Positions 59,860 to 64,000 of a DNA stretch of 64,000 nucleotides are shown one piece after another (position 1 is the stretch's first letter; each line of letters begins with the position of its first letter). The DNA is from the human T2T-CHM13v2.0 reference genome, Homo sapiens: NCBI RefSeq assembly GCF_009914755.1, contig NC_060938.1; one strand, given 5' to 3'. The notes beneath the pieces are model-generated. The model worked only from the letters and a program-made list of their open reading frames with translations. It had not been told where the DNA came from and searched no databases. The translations under genes were made by a program, and so were the position numbers.

Positions 59860-60400
59860 AGTGTCAATTCACAACCTAATCCCATCAGCGCACACAGCTA
59901 CAGCACGGGCCGCCCCCTCCCCTACTCTGCAGACCCTGGCGGCTGCCGGCTGTCAGGCCCGGCCCCTGCCTGGCTGCGAGGCCAATTACTGCGGCCTTAA
60001 TCACCACGGTGGCGGCGGCGGCGCGGCGTTAACAACTGTCTGCTCATCAGTCTCCTTCCTGGGGCGTCGTGGAGGGGATGACCCCATGCGGCTCTCCTCG
60101 AAGGAGCTTGAAACTGGATCCCAACAACAGCCCGATGGCCGCCGTCCAGGGAAACGCCTGGCTCCCTCCTGCTGCCTGCTGGTCTCCTGTGTGTTTGCCC
60201 AGCTCCTCCTGTCCTGGGGCTGAGAGCCCATGAGGACATGCCCGGGGACCCCGCATCCGCTGAGCGAGCACTAAAGCCATGGTTCCCTCTGGTTAGCACT
60301 GCCAACAACTGAGCCCGGGAAGACCGACGCTCCCTGCCAGCCAGAGCAAATTGGGTGCCCGGATGTTGAGGTCTGGTTGGCATTTCCTGTGTTGGCTTTG
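59860..60400. promoter_or_regulatory. Small CpG-rich non-repeat element, candidate distal enhancer or lncRNA promoter
   Basis: Local CpG enrichment, (GGC)n at 60011-60027, CAATTA and TTAATC homeobox cores. Confidence 0.45.
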
Positions 60401-61274
60401 GCTGGTGAGGCCAGGCCAGTGGGCTGCCCTCTTGACCTGAGCGGAGTCAGGCAGGCACGTCCCAGACTCTTGAGCCCACTGAGTTCTTTCCTGCGCCCCA
60501 CAGGGAGTCTTGTTCTGGAAAAAAGATCTCCCTCCCCGCCTGGGTTCATGCTGAGCAGCCTTCCCTGCCTTGTAGGGTGCTCTGACAGCCTGAGGCCTGG
60601 CCGGCCCCCAACCTGGCTGCCTCTGCGCCTGCTCCTTGGGCTCAGGCGGATCTTGGTGCTTCCTGGATGTGGTGAGGCCCCTCTGCACGTGGCCCTCCAG
60701 GCTGTGGTCCGGGAGAGGACTCTGAGCTCCTCTGATCTGCTCCCATCTGTATGTGGAATAATTTCTCCGGCCCAAAGCCTGGACCCCTAGGAGCCGTCAG
60801 CACCGGGTTCCAGCTTGGGAGCCTGCGGGAGCTCCCATTCCCCACCCTTGAAGGGCCAGCTTCACCTGAAGGCTTCAACGGTGCTGGCTCCAGTTCCTCA
60901 GCCCTTTTTTTTTTTTTTTTTTTGGCATTGGGTCTCTGGGACATCAGATTGTCCAAAACAAGACGACTTCATGATACTTGTTTTTCCAAAGAACACAGTC
61001 TGTACACAATCAGGCTTTCTGTGTGCAGCGTGGATCCCGCTGCCCCTGCCCTAGTCGCCCCATTCCTGCCCTAGCCAGATCCCTCTGGGACATGGAGTGT
61101 TCCTCATTCCCTGTGGCCAGAGGTCTCTGGCCTAGGGCTGAGCAAGGCTGGGCAGAGAGGGCAGAGCTGATCCCACCCCACAGACCATCACTGGCCCACA
61201 GTGCTTCCTTTTCTTCTCCCAGACTTGGGATGCCAGGAGAGCCCCTGGGAGAAGCAGCAGGACGTGGGAACCAT

Positions 61275-61470
61275 CTAGAGCACAAGCTCTGGAGTTAGAC
61301 CTGATTATGAATCCCAGCTCTACTGCACACCAGCTGTGTGCCTTAAACACAGTACCAAATGGAACCCGGTCCCTTGGTCAGCAAAACGGAGATAATAAAG
61401 GTACTTGTAGCACAGGGTTTGTGTGAGGGGTCAGTGGGCCCGGCCCATAGTAAACCCTCAACAGCTGTCA
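61275..61470. mobile_element. MIR
   Basis: ctctggagttagacctg...aatcccagctctact...gctgtgtgcctt. Confidence 0.65.
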
Positions 61471-62157
61471 TTTACATAGCTACTCCTCTGCATGGGGCTG
61501 GCTGGGCAGCCACTAAGGGGTCTGCAGAGTGGACCTAGGCCAGCCTTAAGCCACACCTGGGATAGAGATGCTGTACCCCCACCCCACTAGTTGCTTCCTT
61601 GCCCAGGCTGGCTCTCTCCCGAGCCACTCGGCTCCATGGCCATCAAGGATTTAAGACAGGGAGCTGCAGGAGTCCCTGAACCCTTGTTTGTAGAGCTCTC
61701 CACCTTTCTCCAGGGAGAGATGAGGCACAGCCCAGCACCCCAGGTCCTCAGGGCCAGGCCCATGGATGCTCAGAAATTTGCTGAATGTGTGGTGAGCAAA
61801 GGAAAAGCCTCTGGATTTCCTACCCTGCTCATGGAGGAGCAGTGGGCATGATTTTTCTGGAAAGTTTGGGGGGATATTTATCAAGAGACTGGGGAGTGTT
61901 TATCACTTTGAAGAGCAATTCTACTCCTGGGGTTCTCCCTTGGGAAATCACCTGAGACGTCAGAAGTCAGGCAGGGCCACAGGAGGGCCCTCCAAAAAAT
62001 TTCTACCAAGATGTTTTTCTCGGGGCCATTTATAATAGTGAACAAACAAACCAAGCAGACAAAGAAAGTATCTCAGTATTTAAGAGTAGGATACTGGTGA
62101 AATACGTGCCATTCCATCTACGAGGAATGAAAAGGCAGCCCTAAAAATCATGTTTAG

Positions 62158-62455
62158 GGCCAGGCATGGTGGCTCACACCTGTAGTCACAGAACTTTGGG
62201 AGGCTAAAGAGGGTAGATCACTTAAGTCCAGGAGTTTGAGAACAGCCTGGGCAATGTGGCAAAACCCTGTCTCTACAAAAAATACAAAAAATTAGCTGGG
62301 TGTGGTGGCATATACCTGTAGTCTCGGCTACCTGGGAGGCTGAGGTGGGAGGATCACCTGAGCTTGGGAGGTCAAGGTTGCCGTAAGCTGTGATTATGCC
62401 ACAATCATCCCAGCCTGGGTGACAGAGTGATACCCTGTCTTAAAAAAAAAAAAAG
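62158..62455 (+). mobile_element. Alu (J-type)
   Basis: Target-site duplication aatcatgtt. Confidence 0.9.
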
Positions 62456-62559
62456 AATCATGTTGAGAAAAAAAATTTAATGACATGGCAACAGCTGAGT
62501 TAAAAAAAAAATCAGAGTATTTAACATCTGACAAAGTATAATCTTGAAAAACAGGTTAT

Positions 62560-63295
<736 letters not shown>

Positions 63296-64000
63296 TAGCT
63301 TATGGGGAAATATGTCAAGATGTTCATAATGAATATTTTTGAATGAAGGGACTAGGGGTGATCTTGATTTCATTCTTTTTAGTTTCCAGCATTTTCCCCT
63401 TAGTAAATGAGATGTTTGGTTGTGTTTGTTCTTGGTTTTAAAGAAGCTTTCTCCAGCATCTCCCAGATGTGTGCGGGGGCTGGGCGAGCGGGGAGAGGCT
63501 GGGTCCAGCTGCAGTTAGAAACGAGGGAGGCCACAGTCATCTGGGGAGGGGTGGCTCAGAGAGGGCGTGGGGCTCCTAGGCTCCCCTAAACTCTCTCAGC
63601 CCTACTGGCTGGCCTCCTTCTCTGCCTGCCCTCTATGCTTGGGCCTCGCCCATGGGCCTCTCTCCCCAGGAACAGCTCTGTCACTAGCCTGAAGGGGCTG
63701 CCCTGGGCCTAGTGGGAATGTGGGCTCGGGGCTTTCTCAGACGGTCAGTGCCCGAGACGCCTTCCCGCTGCTGCTCCGCCCCATCCCAGCTGCAAAAACA
63801 ACAGCCCATACCCAAAGCCCTGTTATTGCAGCCGAGAGTGGAGCCTCAGTGGACAGCGGAAGGAGTGGGGATGGGGCCGGCCAGCCCTAAATGGACCTGG
63901 GGCAGGGGCTCCTTGGGGAGGGGTAGAGTCCCCTCCTGCTCCTCCTGGGGAAGCCTGGCTCTGAGGTGTGTGGGGGAAGGCGCTTGCAGGGGCCTGTGGG

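Overview
Human (or very close primate) genomic DNA. By gene content it is the RPS6KL1-PGF interval of chromosome 14q24.3. Both genes lie on the minus strand. At 1-2.6 kb are the CpG-island promoter and first coding exon of RPS6KL1. At about 20.9-34.9 kb is the complete PGF (placental growth factor) gene. All seven standard exons and the 216-nt PlGF-3/4 cassette exon have GT-AG boundaries, and the exon lengths add up to the 149, 170, 221 and 242 aa isoforms. The rest is intergenic or upstream DNA with about 35 Alus plus L1M, L2, MIR, MLT1, THE1, Charlie, MER44, MER46 and MER5A relics and simple repeats. I see no new protein-coding system; almost all ORFs in the track are Alu, GC-rich or microsatellite artefacts. 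The best candidates for undescribed biology are non-coding. They are: two independent THE1 solo LTRs pointing at PGF, a young exact 150-bp tandem duplication, a recurring ACGTGACTC HRE/AP-1-like motif, a distal CpG-rich homeobox/GCM-like element in an Alu-free block, two template-switch repair scars at 47.5 and 48.8 kb, and an Alu-born 13-bp minisatellite. Repeat boundaries and subfamilies were read by eye and are approximate.
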